A DNA stretch of 35,449 bases from Vicugna vicugna (Eukaryota), in contig MU058337.1 in the NCBI GenBank assembly GCA_013265495.1, positions 3,678,176-3,713,624 on the forward strand, read 5' to 3'. Of this stretch, positions 23,229 through 35,449 are shown in pieces. The position numbers and the translations under genes were made by a program. The notes beneath the pieces are model-generated. The model had not been told where the DNA came from. It saw only the letters and a list, made by a program, of their open reading frames with translations, and ran no database searches. How positions within the stretch are numbered: position 1 is the stretch's first letter; the number at the start of each line of letters is the position of its first letter.

Positions 23229-23900
23229 GTTACCAGATTGCTTAGAATGTCCAACTTGAAGACAGAGATAAAGCCCCCCGTTCCCATGATGCCAATGCTA
23301 GCACTCCTTGGAAGATGAAGGTCCCCTCCTGAACATCATGGTCATGCTTACCGGTTGTGCATTGATTTGTCTCATTTAAACCCAGAAGGAACGCATTCCT
23401 GTCATGTTTGATGTTTGTTCTTTGCTCTAAGATATAAAGCTGTGTTTCAAGGCACCCCACATGGAGCCACATAACCACTACGGATGTGGCTTCCAGACAG
23501 GTTCCTGCATCACTGAGAACTTGATTTTCTGAATTGTATTAAACTCAAGGACACCATCGACCATTCTCAAGTCAGTATCTGCCAGCAGCTGCCAGCTGCA
23601 ACCTTATGGTCTCAAGGTCTCCCCTTCTAATTATGCAATTATTTCAGACCCCAAACAACTCTTGCTTAACAAGCACACTTAACTTCTTGCCAGGAACAAT
23701 ACTAATACTTGACAAACAATTTATGTAACTTTGCAACTTCTGACTTTATAAGCCTCCCGCATTTTGTGGTCCATCACAATACAATTCAGGTGCTTCTTGA
23801 ATCTCTGTCTTTCAGGCTACAGTCTTCAGTTTGGCTCAAATAAAACTCTTTTCTATTCCTGTTATAGATTGTTTATTGATTATTTCTGTGGTCAGTGACA
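23229..23900 (+). mobile_element. ERV1-type solo LTR (MER34/MER39-like or lineage-specific)
   Basis: TATA-like tataag (23747-23752). The 3' end cagtcttcagtttggctcaAATAAAactc (signal 23839-23844)...attatttc...gtgaca is characteristic of ERV1 LTR R/U5. The 5' boundary is uncertain and no TSD was found. Confidence 0.75.
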
Positions 23901-24311
23901 TCTCTCTTCCACCAGAAGTCTGAAAATAAGAAATCTTTTGATTGAAATCAGCTATGCCTTATAAAGAAAGGAATTATGCTCAAATTAATTTGTGTTCAAA
24001 ACTGCCTCCTTCACTGGCTTACTTCTGAGTCTAATCTCATTACTTAATCCCTTAAAGACCTTCATTCTCTACAATTCTTCTGAAGGCAAGCTTTTCAACA
24101 ACACAGCTTGTTTGAATAAACTCAGGAAAATATTATAATACTTTCTTAGGGTATTTGTTGGTATCACTTTGCTTAATTTGTCCATTAATACGCCTTTAGG
24201 AATCGCACATAATACTGCCATATGCTGAAGCAAGGAACAAGGACAAACACTTGCTGCCAATGTTCCTGGAATAGGTAGGGTGCCTTAATGTGGGTGCATC
24301 GTTAGCTGAAT

Positions 24312-24610
24312 CAGGGGTCAGCAAACTTATTCTCTAAAGACAGCAGGCTCTGCAGGCCAAGAAGGAAAGTTGAGGAGATTATGTAGGTACTTACAGAAAA
24401 AGAGGCAAAGCAAAATCACAATGTTTTTATTGAGGGTATTAAAAATATAATAGAAAATAATTGAGTAAAACTTTTTATAAAACATGTCCACCGATCAGAA
24501 GATTAGACTCCATTTTGGCAGCAGAAACGTTTCACTTAGTTGGGGTTAAAAGGTGATATAATCCCAATAACCAAATGGATCACAAAAGCTCATTTGGAAG
24601 AATATTCTTG
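24312..24610 (+). mobile_element. MER58B/Cheshire hAT-Charlie DNA transposon, left end
   Basis: TIR caggggtcagcaaac, then ggccaagaaggaaagttgaggagattatgtaggtactta...aaaatataatag...aattgagta...cacttagttggggtt. Confidence 0.85.
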
Positions 24611-24667
24611 CCAATTCCCAAACCAGAAGGAAGTGAGAGGCACCTAGATTTCTGTGTCTCTGTGTCT

Positions 24668-24670
<3 letters not shown>

Positions 24671-24702
<32 letters not shown>
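24671..24702. repeat. (TG)16 microsatellite
   Basis: Perfect run preceded by imperfect TC/TG repeats. Confidence 0.97.
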
Positions 24703-24704
<2 letters not shown>

Positions 24705-24845
24705 CATGTCTGTGTGCATGAGAAGCCAGTAGTAGACACGAAAGCACTAAATAAATGTAGAAAACTATTTTCGTAATTACACTCCTTTCAAAAGACTGAC
24801 CTGAGTCCTTCTCCATAGTGGTGAGAATGTATTTTTAAAGAGCAG

Positions 24846-25301
24846 GATTAGTTTTCTGTTAGTAGCTTAAAACAATGCAGATTTATTATCAGACAGTTCT
24901 GAAGGGTGGATGTCCAGAGTCAGTCCTGATGAGGCTCAGGCCGAGGTTTCAGCAGTGCCTGTTCCTTCTGAAGGCTCTGCGGGGACCACCTGTTCCCCCT
25001 TTCAGCTCCTGGAGGCTGCGGCAACCATTGACGCATGACCCAACCCTCACATTTTGCTCTAATGGATTTTGCATCCATCATCAAGTCTCCTGTGACTAAC
25101 TCTCATCATTCTACCTCTGATAATGGGTTTCTGATTACATCAGACCCACAAGGATAATCCAGGATAATCTCCACATTTCAAGATCCCTAATTTACAGATC
25201 CCCACACCTGGAAAATCTCTTTTACAACGCATGGTAGCATATTTGCAAGTTCTGGGGATCAGGGCTGGGCATCTTTGGGGACCATTATTCAGCCCACCAC
25301 A
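24846..25301 (-). mobile_element. MLT1D-like MaLR solo LTR
   Basis: gcttaaaacaatgcagatttattatc...ggataatccaggataatctcc...catctttggggaccattattcagcccaccaca. Confidence 0.9.
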
Positions 25302-27316
25302 ATAATTGTCTACATTTTATAGCAACGTACTGGTTTCTTTACACTTAGCGAGTTTCACTGGCTTCCCTAGGCCAGTTAAAGGATTTCCCAAGGTCACTGA
25401 AGACTAAATATCTCCTCCTTCTAATGTATACAAGTGGTTTACAAAGCAGTAACGTGGCTGCTCAGTTTTATACTCCTGAATACACAGGAGTTCCACATGC
25501 ATTTTCTTAGTTAGAATATTCTGTCAGAATAACCTGGTGTGTCATATGCTCATTCTACGTTTATACGGCTGTTCAACATCAGCTGACTGCAACTACCAAA
25601 CCTGCCTGAATAGCAGCGTACAACTGCAGCCCTCCTGACAGCTCCCTGGAAGCCCTGTCCTCTTCTGAAATAATCCCAGCTGGAAAAACATGTTTGAAAA
25701 ATTAGTGAAGAATGAATTTCATTGTTTCTTCCCAAATCAAATGCAGGAAATCAAGCATATGAAAATCAAATTCATCTCTCACGCTCTGAATGTAGATTAA
25801 GAAATGTTCATAGCAACAATTATGTAGAGAATGAACAAAGAGTTTTAAATTAATTAAATATAATCAGGTAGACTCTCAGCTACTGTAGGTAGACAGGAAG
25901 GAGATAATTTGAGTAGATTAATGCATGATATTTGGAAAACTAAAGAGATTTTTTTACAGGATTGATTAGCTCTTACCTTTAAAATGGAGAAATACATTCA
26001 AATTTGCATTGTAAATTCCACTCATGTTTTACATTGTTACATAGGAAGAGTATTTATTCTATGGAACAGGAATCATGAGGCATTAATTCAACAAATGGGA
26101 GTTCAAGAACTACGGACTTCAAAATATTCACTTATTGTGTATTTGGGATTATTTCACATATGTGAAATCTAATCTGAATCAAATGTATTAACCTTTGAGT
26201 GATAAACCATTTCAAAAACCCTGTACGATGTAAAAAAGTAGTTTTTCAAAAATATGGAAATAAAAAGCTGTGGCTTAAAATATAATCAGTGGTTTGATGC
26301 ATGAGCAGGTGATCATCTGAACAACTCTCATCAGCACTTCATTAAATTTTCAGATGAATTGTTTAATTTAGCAAATCCATCTTATTTTGTGCATATTAAA
26401 CTGGTATATGTGAAAATTTTGACAGGCTTGTGTTTTTTTCCAGATAGAAGAAATACTTGGAGTATTTAGTTCATAAAGGAGAATAAACCATTTCTTAAAG
26501 CATTAGAAATGTCATTTTATTTCTAAAAGACACACAGGTCAGATTTTCCTTCTGTTCACTTTGTTGCCTAATGAAGTGGAAACCAGGGAGGTTCTCAAAG
26601 CACAGTCACCAATTAAGGAAAAGAAGTGGTTATGCAATGTCCTGAAATGTGAAACAGATCTGTGAAAATGACAGCATCCCTAAAGAAAATCACACCGTGA
26701 AAATTTGAGGATGAATTGTGTAAAGCATGATAAATCATACAAGTAAATAACAATGATGTTTAACATCCAGTGTCCAAACAGAAAAATGCTGCTTGAGAGA
26801 TTAGAAATGGCCAGATTTCTCACAAGGCTTCATTTTAAACATATATTAGGAAATGAAAATCATAAATATTCTAATGAAGCTTGCAATGGGTAATTCAAGT
26901 CTATTTGAAAAAAATATATATGTATAAGAAAATGTTTAAATAACTGCTAACCTAGATAAACCGATTCTACTGATAGAAAAAAATGCATTAAGGCACTAAA
27001 AGGAAAAAAAAATAAATTGACTATAAAGAATTCATAACATTTCTCTCAGCTAATGGCCTCAAGGGAATGTAATCTATATTGCAAAAATCACAGCAAACTG
27101 TTCAATGAAAAGTAGAAAAACATTTATATATTATAGAAAGTGAGGGGGAAAACATAAAATTTTAAGTACTGGGTTATATTCCAAAATATACCTGTACCTC
27201 AAGCCCTTTGCATGACATTCCAGGTTCTTATAAAAACAGAGGACTGAGGATCACCCCCAAACCTTCAAGTGTGTGAGTTGGTTTGTCACTCCTCCCACTG
27301 TCCCCAAATGACATGG

Positions 27317-27545
27317 ACTGAGTACATGCCATGTGTCAGACTCTAGCCTGGGTGGTTTCACATGCATTGTCTCATTTTAATCAGAGAACAATTCTAGGAA
27401 GGGTATATCAGAGTGGTCATTAAACAGACAAGGAAACTGAGTTCTCCAGAATTCTGTTGCTTTGTTTAAAATCACATATTTGGTAAATAAGGAATCCAGG
27501 ATGGGCTCTATGATCATCTAATTCTAAATACAATGCTCTTTCCAA
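27317..27545 (-). mobile_element. MIR SINE
   Basis: actgagtacatgccatgtgtcagac...tttcacatgcattgtctcattttaatc...acagacaaggaaactgag...atgctctttcca. Confidence 0.85.
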
Positions 27546-27894
27546 TATTCAACTCTGTCCTCCAGCAGTGATGAAGGAGAAAAAGAAAGCATCCTCTCAC
27601 GTGTTAGTGTAGAGTTCAGGAACGGGGTGAAGCAGGAGACAGGCACTCACTTTGAATACTAGATACGGTAAGACCAGCTAGCAAATGTATTCCACCACCG
27701 ATGTGTGTGAGTTCATGTGACCAAGTGGCTCACTGAAATTATCTTCATGGAAAGTGGTTTATTCTTCTATCAGTTTGTATGCCATTAGGATTTTCTTACC
27801 CCTTCTGCCACAATCAAAATAAAACATAGACTGTTCTTTAACTGAATTTATTTTACTAAGTACCAAACCTGCAGATGGCATCAGTCTACTTAAG

Positions 27895-28025
27895 TGAAGA
27901 AATATTTATTTCGGATCTGTAAGATACTGTGATAAGCACTACTAAAATAAAAAGCCAATAAGACATTTCCTTTATCCTTCAGATCTTAATAGTCAGAAGG
28001 GAGAAATGGGCATATAAATAAATTA
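27895..28025 (-). mobile_element. L2 3' tail fragment
   Basis: aaatatttatt...agatactgtgataagcact...ccttcagatcttaatagtcagaagggaga. Confidence 0.6.
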
Positions 28026-28134
28026 TATGTTTGCATGTGTGTTTGCACAAGTGTGTGTATAGTTTTGTTTTGGTATTAAATGATACAAGAATCATCTAAA
28101 GAAATACTTTGTTAAAATGATTATTTCTACTTAT

Positions 28135-28300
28135 ATAGAATCATAGGAATAGATACTAGATACTAATATTCTTCACCAAGAATATCATGCTACAGAAGAA
28201 TAAACAGAAATAAGATGCAGAAAGTTTAAATAATTTACTCAAATATTTAGTTTATGAAGTCAATTTAGCACTAGAACTGACATCTTTGACTCTTCAGTCT
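28135..28300 (-). mobile_element. MIR/MIR3-like fragment
   Basis: cagaaataagatgcagaaagtttaaataatttactcaa...actagaactgacatctttgactcttcagtct. Confidence 0.5.
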
Positions 28301-28399
28301 GTAGCAATATGTAGAGATAGCACATATGTAGCACATATGTAGAGATAGTATATAAAACTAATTCTAAAAAGCTTTCTGTAGAGAATGATGGTATATCTC

Positions 28400-29010
28400 A
28401 GAATCTCAGAGAGAGCAGAAAATACTAGGACAGGAATTCTAGTTTAACTTCCTATCCATTTCAGGAAATTGTCTACTGCACACCAGATTACTGACTGATA
28501 TCCATAAGCCGCTGCTTGAACTATTCCTGTGCCAATAACCTCATAAATGGACCTATTCAATATGGAAGCTGTACTATTGCAAGAAGTTTCGTTTTTATGC
28601 TTAAACCTGAATCAATATAATTTCCATCCAGTGGTTCTGAATCATACCTTTGGAACTACAGAGAATATAGCTAATCAAGCTTACATGCTATCAGCTCAGT
28701 ATCTAACAGTAACTAATCATTTTTCCCATACATTTTCTCTTTTCTGCACTCAATAGTCCTAGCATTTTCTTTCCAGACCTTTCTTCATCAGTCACTCTTG
28801 TCTGGGTGTATCCTGATCAGCCAGTGTCCCATTTCAAAGTGTGATGTCTAGCAATGAGTACAAAATTCTCACACAGTCTTGCTGAGGTCAGGGAACACTG
28901 GTATTTTTTTCTTTCCTGGACTCAATCCCTGTTGGGGTAGGCTCATACAACGTTGATTTTTTTGGCAACCACCTTACATTTTTGAACTTCTTGTCAATCA
29001 AAGATACAGA
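28400..29010 (-). mobile_element. L3/CR1 LINE 3' portion
   Basis: agaatctcagag...ctgcttgaact...agaagtttcgtttttatgcttaaacctgaatc...taatttccatccagtggttct...tttggaactacagagaat...cagtgtcccatttcaaagtgtgatgtc is typical antisense L3. Confidence 0.82.
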
Positions 29011-29149
29011 TTTTTGACAAGGCACATGTCCAAGAACCCAATGAAGAGACGGCCACTGAGGGGAAGACTCTTCCAGACTCGTGAAACTGAGTCTCCTGGA
29101 CTGTTGGCACTGGAGTTCTAGTCAGAAGCTTCAGGTCACCCAGTCCTCT

Positions 29150-31035
29150 TAATCCTAATAGTGTTGTCGCTGTTACCTGAAGGTCCTCTGCTCCACGTGT
29201 TTAAATCTAATCCTGATACACCTAGTCTACAAATCCGCTCGCCTGAGCCAATCCCATGGTCTGCTTTCTCTCTTTTTAATAGCTGAATTATCTGATACTC
29301 CCCACGACTCAGTCACTGGTGAGGTAACTGCAGTTTCATCCCCAGCCTCACAAGACATACTGTCACTAGCCATCCCTTCATTTGTCTTTTTCCCAGGTAA
29401 ATTTCCATTTATCCTCGGTAACTACTCTACTTTCCGAAAGGCTCTCATCTACATGAGAGGATCTCACTTCCTCAGTGATAGAGAGAACTGAAGAACTCCT
29501 GCATGAATTGCTTCCACTCCCCAGCATCACCCATCAGAAACCCCCTCTTCTTCATTTTCAAATCAATCCTTCCATGTCTATATTTATTTCTCTTCTGTGG
29601 AGTTTGCTTCCTATTTTTAAAATTTCTTTTCTTAATTATTTTATATTATTATACTTAAGTCTTTCGTATGATAGAAGAAAAAAAGGGAAAGTAAGTCCTT
29701 GACCATGCTTCTCACCATCAATACCACGCCAACTTTCCTTCCTTTCTCAGCCATGATTCTTGACAGAATCGACTACAATCACTGCACGAATGTCCTCAGT
29801 TCTGAACCACTGTCCAGACTTTGCTTCATGACTTCTACTCACACCAAGCCATTGAATCCATCATAAGCAGTCATCCCTGTCCTCAGTAGCTATGATTTAT
29901 TATCTTACGGAAATCATTTGATGCTTTTTACTGTTCTTTGAATAAGGAAAGTTTCAAAATCTGTCATTACAGTTCTCTTTCCTGAAATGTTCAACCTCAC
30001 TGGTTTCCTTTATTTCTCTCACAATGAGTGTTGGAATTCTTTGGTTGCATTTCATTTTCCCTCTGCTCTTCTAATTTATATGTATTTTGATTCAGGCAGT
30101 TGCATCCATTCTCTTATTTTTATTCCACAAAAATTTCCAGCCATGATCTCTGTGCTATGTCGTCAAAGATTCAGGTGAATGCATAAATCTGCTCACCAAG
30201 CATTTTCACTTGGATATCCAGTGGACACCTAAAACTTATGTCAAAAACTGAATTTATCATATTTCCCTCAGAATGTGAATTTATCATATTCCTCCTCTTC
30301 TGCACTATTTCCAAATTCATTTATTACCTGTTCACCAGTTACTGAAGCTAGAAAACTGACAGCTTTCCTAGCACATCATTCACCCATCCGCACCCGATTA
30401 ATCACTGGTTTCCATGGTTTTACTCATTTACTCTCAATGCTTTCCCATTCTCTTGTTATCACCACCACTGCTGGAAGATCAGACTTCATCATTCCTGATT
30501 CAAACTGGCTTCCTCAGCTCCAAGCATTCTCTACTGTTGGGGTTCTGTCTCATATATAAACCAGACTTTTAAGCCTCACCTTGGTCATTTCTATCATGTG
30601 TAACACAAAACTTGGGCAACATGCAAATGCCTCTCTCATCTTCTTCAGCCTCATTTGAGGTCACTGCTCACAGAGTAATTTATACTACATATTTTCTTCA
30701 CTGCTTAGAGATGTTTCTTCTCTTGGTGCCCCTATCCATGCTATTCCCTTAGCCTGAAAAAAATTCCCTCCATATCATTACCTAGGTATTTTCCAGAACC
30801 CCGTATCTCTTACAAAGCCAGTCAAATCCTATCCACCCACCTGGGGTTTGGTGGACTTCCCCAACCCTGTGACTGCACCACACTCAGAATGCTCACCATG
30901 CTTTACCACGCACCATAAGACATGTAAATGCTGCTTGTTGGCAGATCCTAGAAGGAAAGTGTTCTCCCTAACTTATCGTTGTACCTTTGATATTAAATAC
31001 TTAGAATAGTATGTTTAACAAATGTTAACTGAACT
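29150..31035 (+). mobile_element. Long degenerate L2 LINE
   Basis: Pyrimidine-rich sense L2 body (cattttcacttggatatccagtggacacctaaaacttatgtcaaaaactgaatttatcat; ccatgctattcccttagcctgaaa) ending in the tail tttaacaaatgttaactgaa. The 5' boundary is approximate. Confidence 0.8.
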
Positions 31036-31096
31036 TGGAACTTTTTCATATTAAGAGCTTAAGCACTGGTCCTATTTAATACTCACTCATTTAATT

Positions 31097-31588
31097 TGTA
31101 TCTAATTGTTTTTCTTATTACTGATACAACAACTTACCACAGTATCTTTTTTAAAGCAATACAAATTGATTCCTTTATGGTTCTGGAGGTCAGAAATCTA
31201 AAATAGGTCCTCTGTGCTGCCTTCTTTCTGAAGCCCTGGGGGAGAATTGGCTTCCTTGCTTTCTTCAGTTTTCTGAGGCCACCTACACTCCTTGACTTGT
31301 GGCCCCTTCCTTTATCTTAAAAGCCAACAGAATGGCATCTTCTTTCCTCTCTAAGCTCTGCTTCCATCCTCAAATCTCTCTGTAACTCTGACTCTGACCA
31401 TCCTAGCTCCCTTATAAGGACCCTTGAAATCACACTGGACCCACCAGGATAACCCAGGAGAATCTCCTCATTTCAAGATACTCATTTATCAAAACTGTGA
31501 AGTCCCTTTTCCATGTAAAGTATTATATTCACAGTTTCCAGGGGTTATGACTTGGTCATCCTTTGGAGAAAGCATCATTCATCAAACA
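31097..31588 (-). mobile_element. MLT1D-like MaLR solo LTR
   Basis: tatggttctggaggtcagaaatctaaaatagg...cttataaggacccttg...ggataacccaggagaatctcctcatttcaagat...gaagtcccttttccatgtaaag. Confidence 0.92.
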
Positions 31589-32254
31589 TGGTAAACTAAC
31601 CGTAAAAATTTACATTAAATTACCTAAAATTACATCTCATTAGTTTTGGCTTTTTTCTCAAATATTTATTACAAAATAGAAACTAAAACTCCCTTGGATT
31701 TGGATCACTTGCTAATTTAAGACTATGTATTATTTCTTTTTAATTATCGAAATGACTGATGAAAAATATCTGCCAAATAACTTTATCTGATTCCATTACC
31801 ACCAGGTCCATATTTATTCCTCTTGTCTGTAAGGAAATTGTGAAATTCTTTGTGCATCTCTTCTCAAAGATAGTACACAATCACTCTACTCTCAAATTAT
31901 ATCAGAAAGATTTTAGTTTATCCTGATTTATGCTTAATGATTTCTGCTATATAAATAAAACGTTGAGTACATCATAGGATAAAGAATCTTTTTATGAAAA
32001 ACATTCTAAAATGGAATAGTCAAAATTGTCTCCATTTTCTAAAATATTATTTTCCCCCTTTTTGGAAATCAGGACATTTCTCCATATCCAATATTTTGGC
32101 ACTTTCCTAAGTCCTAATTATCCCTGATACATTTATAACAGTAGTTCTCAGATCAAATATGAATATTCATAATTTAGCTAAAATGTTTTAAGTCTTGAAT
32201 TTTTATTATATTTACTCTTTGCATATTCCAAATTAAGAAATAGTGATAAAATGA

Positions 32255-32470
32255 AATTCTATATTTATGTATTATATGCCCATGCAATATATAAATACAT
32301 ATATTTAATATAATTTATGAATTAGAAATTAAATTATAGATCTATATAATATAGCAACATAGTATATATACATTTTATATATAATATAAATATAAATATA
32401 ATTAAGTGTATATTTTGTATTACTTTATTGTATATAAACAAAAACAAATATTTTTATTAAATATTTTGTA
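32255..32470. repeat. AT-rich low-complexity (TA-like) tract
   Basis: Degenerate atatat/tataaat runs with very few G/C. Confidence 0.8.
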
Positions 32471-35258
32471 CGGAGAATTTCATCACAAGACCATTAAAAT
32501 GGGAATCTAAGACATCATGCAAATGTAAGGGAAGGTGCATATTTCAATGGTTTTGTAAGCTATTTTTAAAATATTTAAAAGTGCAGAATAAATCTAACTT
32601 TGGGATCATTCACAGCCTTCAGTTTTATTTATAAATTATACCCCAAATTTCTCCTTAGAGATGATATAAACCATTTTTACCCTATATATAAAGAATCATT
32701 ATTTCAAAATTCCATTTATTGAAATAACATATTAGACAACTTATATTTCCAAAAATATATAATCTTTACTGTAAAAATATTTAGGCTTTCTATTTCCTCT
32801 CTGAGGGCTGGTGTCGATGCTGCATGCGAAAGTGTGTGCTAAGCAGCCCTCGATGGTGATGAGGTGTGAGTGATGCCACCGGCTGCAGCTGTGGAAACAG
32901 GCGCTCTGTGCGGCCTGACCTCAGGCCCCAACATGGGAAAGGCTTTGAGGTCATCTTTAAAACATTATTTGCTTTCCATTTTCAAGGTTAAATGTAACAT
33001 AACGGAAGTTTGAGATTCCAAATTTTTTTATGGGTTTTGAAATAATTTCAAGTCATGTTTATTGGATATGTATTCTAAAATCTTCTCACAAACCTTTCTC
33101 AAGACAGTGTATGACAGCAATTAACCTGAAATTCAAGGTAGAACCTCCTCTAGGGAGAGGTTTAGAGTAAAAAATATTCACAAAAGAGTATCACTGACAA
33201 TTGCTAATGCCTGCTGCTCTGTATTTTATAGGTGACGTACAATGTAAAAGGAAACACTAATAAGAATGATCATAATATTTCATATTCATTTAATTCTTAA
33301 GGTTGAAGAACTTAAATGGTCTTACATCCATTGTCAAAATAACCTATTAAAAGGAACTGAGCTAATACATAGGAATATTACCCTTTTTCTCATTTAAAAA
33401 TTTAAAACATTTCAGATAAGGCAAAATGAACCCAGACTATGTCCCCTGAAAACTATTTTGATTTCATGAACTTGTTCCTCCTTTTATATTCCTTATTTAT
33501 TAGCCTATTTATCAATATTAAGTTTTCACTTTAAAAATAAAACTGTTCTTGGGATGAAATAGGTACATGCCCCAAATGTATACACATTGAGAGTGATGTG
33601 TTCCTGCAAAATCACAAATAGCAGGAAATAAAAGTAATTTATGGAATAACCTCTGCCAATTAACATCACATTATACATACACAAGGACACTTGGTTGACC
33701 AAAATGAAATTTAGTTAACCTGGACACAACATTTAATCACATAAAAAAGCAAGCATTCGTGCCACTGGAATGCCCCAGTCGGGTGGAGACTGTTAGGTAT
33801 CACCTTTGCCCTTGAGTGTATGATCACAAGTATTTTAACTTCAGTATAAAATCTGAATTATCTTAAATCGGTTTATAGAATACCCTGCTTGAGGTCATCA
33901 CTATAAAATCAGATTTTGTAACAGGAAGGGATTTGGGAGTGGCTATGTTCTTCTGTCTGTTTTTTGGTTTTTCAAAATGCAAATACCACAAGGAAGGTTT
34001 CATTCATTTTTAACACCCAAACTGAATGGGACTTTATCATGAATGAATTATCAATGTCATTTCAACTAGAGAAACTGAGGAAGACAAATCAAAATGTAGT
34101 TAACATACTCTATCTTATTATTAATACGTAAATATACACTTGGATTATGAGAAATCTATACATTTCTCCCATTATAATGTGGGTTATACTACTGAAGTGG
34201 CAGAAATCTTGAAGCAAACAAACACTGGTAAGTCTTCAATACTTCTGCTTGCTCTTACTATGCCCATCACTAAACTAAATTGCCAAAATTTAAAATTCTT
34301 ATTTGAATATTTAAAATATTTTTGTATCTAAAATGTTTTCAAATTTAAATTGCAAAAGTTGCTAAAATAAATCACAAAAAAGTGGGTTGAAGTACTGTTT
34401 AAGGAAATACTGCTTATAATTGCACAGAATAGACAAAAATAAAGTGGAAATGAGTTTTTGTTTGGGATCTTTTTAAAAAATGTGGGCGTTTAGTGTAGCG
34501 TAGATTGAAGATGACTTAATATGATTCTTAAAAATGCACAAGAAAATAGAGTGACATCTTAGAACTTGTGTAAAATGCCTTACAGGTCAGATGAGTATGC
34601 CCCGAATTATGTAATATTTCCTGTAATCACAGCTGTTAATCTCTTCTAAAAACCTAGTCTTCAGGGTCAAGTGTTGAAAGCTTCTCGACAGACAGTAAGG
34701 ACCTACCCCTGTTTCAGCTTATCCTCTGTAAGTGTTCAGCTAAGCTTCTTTCTTAAAAATATGCTTTAGCTGTGACTGCAAGAATTGCCTCAGAACTCAT
34801 CAACTTGTAAGTAGACAATACTGATTTGGGAGATGTATAAGACAATAGTTAATCATAGAAGTAAAATAACAGAAATAAAATAAGATGACCTAAACCACTT
34901 ATGATTAATCATACATAATTGTGAATGCTTGTGTATGTGTGTCAAGGGTTGAGTCTAGTGGAAATAACTGTTACTTTATTATGAATTCTCCTAATAAGTA
35001 GATGTGTTAAAATGGGCAATTCACTCTTAACACAATTTAGTAACATTTAATTTGTACCTTAGTAAAATGGAGGTGCAAATTCCAGCCTAATTCATTGATT
35101 AACTTAAACCAATAATCCTTGGCCACCTCATACTGAGAGTGCAAAGATAAACTGATTTAAGGGGTGTGAAAGAATTCCATAAGCAGTAAGCCAACATAAG
35201 ATGAGTGCTAGGTACTGAGCTAAAAGCAGCAAATGATGTTTCAAAAATTTTCTACTAG

Positions 35259-35449
35259 AAGAAATAAAAGCAAGAATAAACAAATGGGACCTAATGAAAC
35301 TTACAAGCTTCTGCAGAGCAAAGGAAACCAGAGATAAAACAAGAAGAAAACCTACGGAATGGGAGAAAATTTTTGCAAGTGAAACTGACAAAGGCTTGAT
35401 CTCCAGAATATATAAGCAGCTCATATGACTCAATAAGAAAAAAATAAAC
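35259..35449 (+). mobile_element. Young 5'-truncated LINE-1 (ORF2 fragment, camelid-like), runs off the window end
   Basis: 35261 onward translates [62 protein letters not shown] (L1 ORF2p) with a single stop TGA at 35426-35428 and no frameshift. Confidence 0.95.

Noticed and set aside
25550..25692. Minus-strand acceptor gtttttccag with GC-richer downstream sequence
   Set aside because: Only weak donors and unrecognised peptides
26320..26360. FIKFSDE resembling the CR1 RT motif LIKFADD
   Set aside because: No flanking similarity; too short to support
28306..28352. Short tandem repeats (atatgtagagatag/atatgtagcac) as a possible array
   Set aside because: Simple slippage duplication with no spacers; not CRISPR-like
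30248..30297. Direct repeat tgaatttatcatatt
   Set aside because: Local duplication within the L2 fossil
35128..35433. 101-aa minus-strand ORF
   Set aside because: Mostly the antisense reading of the young L1 ORF2, a common spurious hydrophobic ORF

Overview
AT-rich, CpG-poor mammalian non-coding DNA (intronic or intergenic). I found no recognisable protein-coding gene, RNA gene, CpG-island promoter or prokaryotic feature. A large share of the window is interspersed repeat fossils, all called by eye from recalled consensus sequences with approximate boundaries: old L1M fragments, L2, L3/CR1, MIR, MLT1/LTR16/ERV1-type solo LTRs, MER5/MER58/MER3 hAT elements, and a young 5'-truncated L1 at the right edge. 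That young L1 resembles camelid L1, and Alu, B1/B2, BovA, PRE1 and SINEC elements are absent, so a camelid source is a tentative inference. The most notable observations are: (1) a near full-length LF-SINE relic at about 13915-14232, a very ancient SINE family known for exaptation, here carrying a perfect nuclear-receptor palindrome; (2) a MIR shifted to CpG-rich sequence, a probable footprint of GC-biased gene conversion; (3) a speculative, phase-compatible chain of small minus-strand exon candidates; (4) several enhancer-like motif clusters (double NBRE, RFX X-box). I see no evidence of a genuinely new biological system beyond these candidates.
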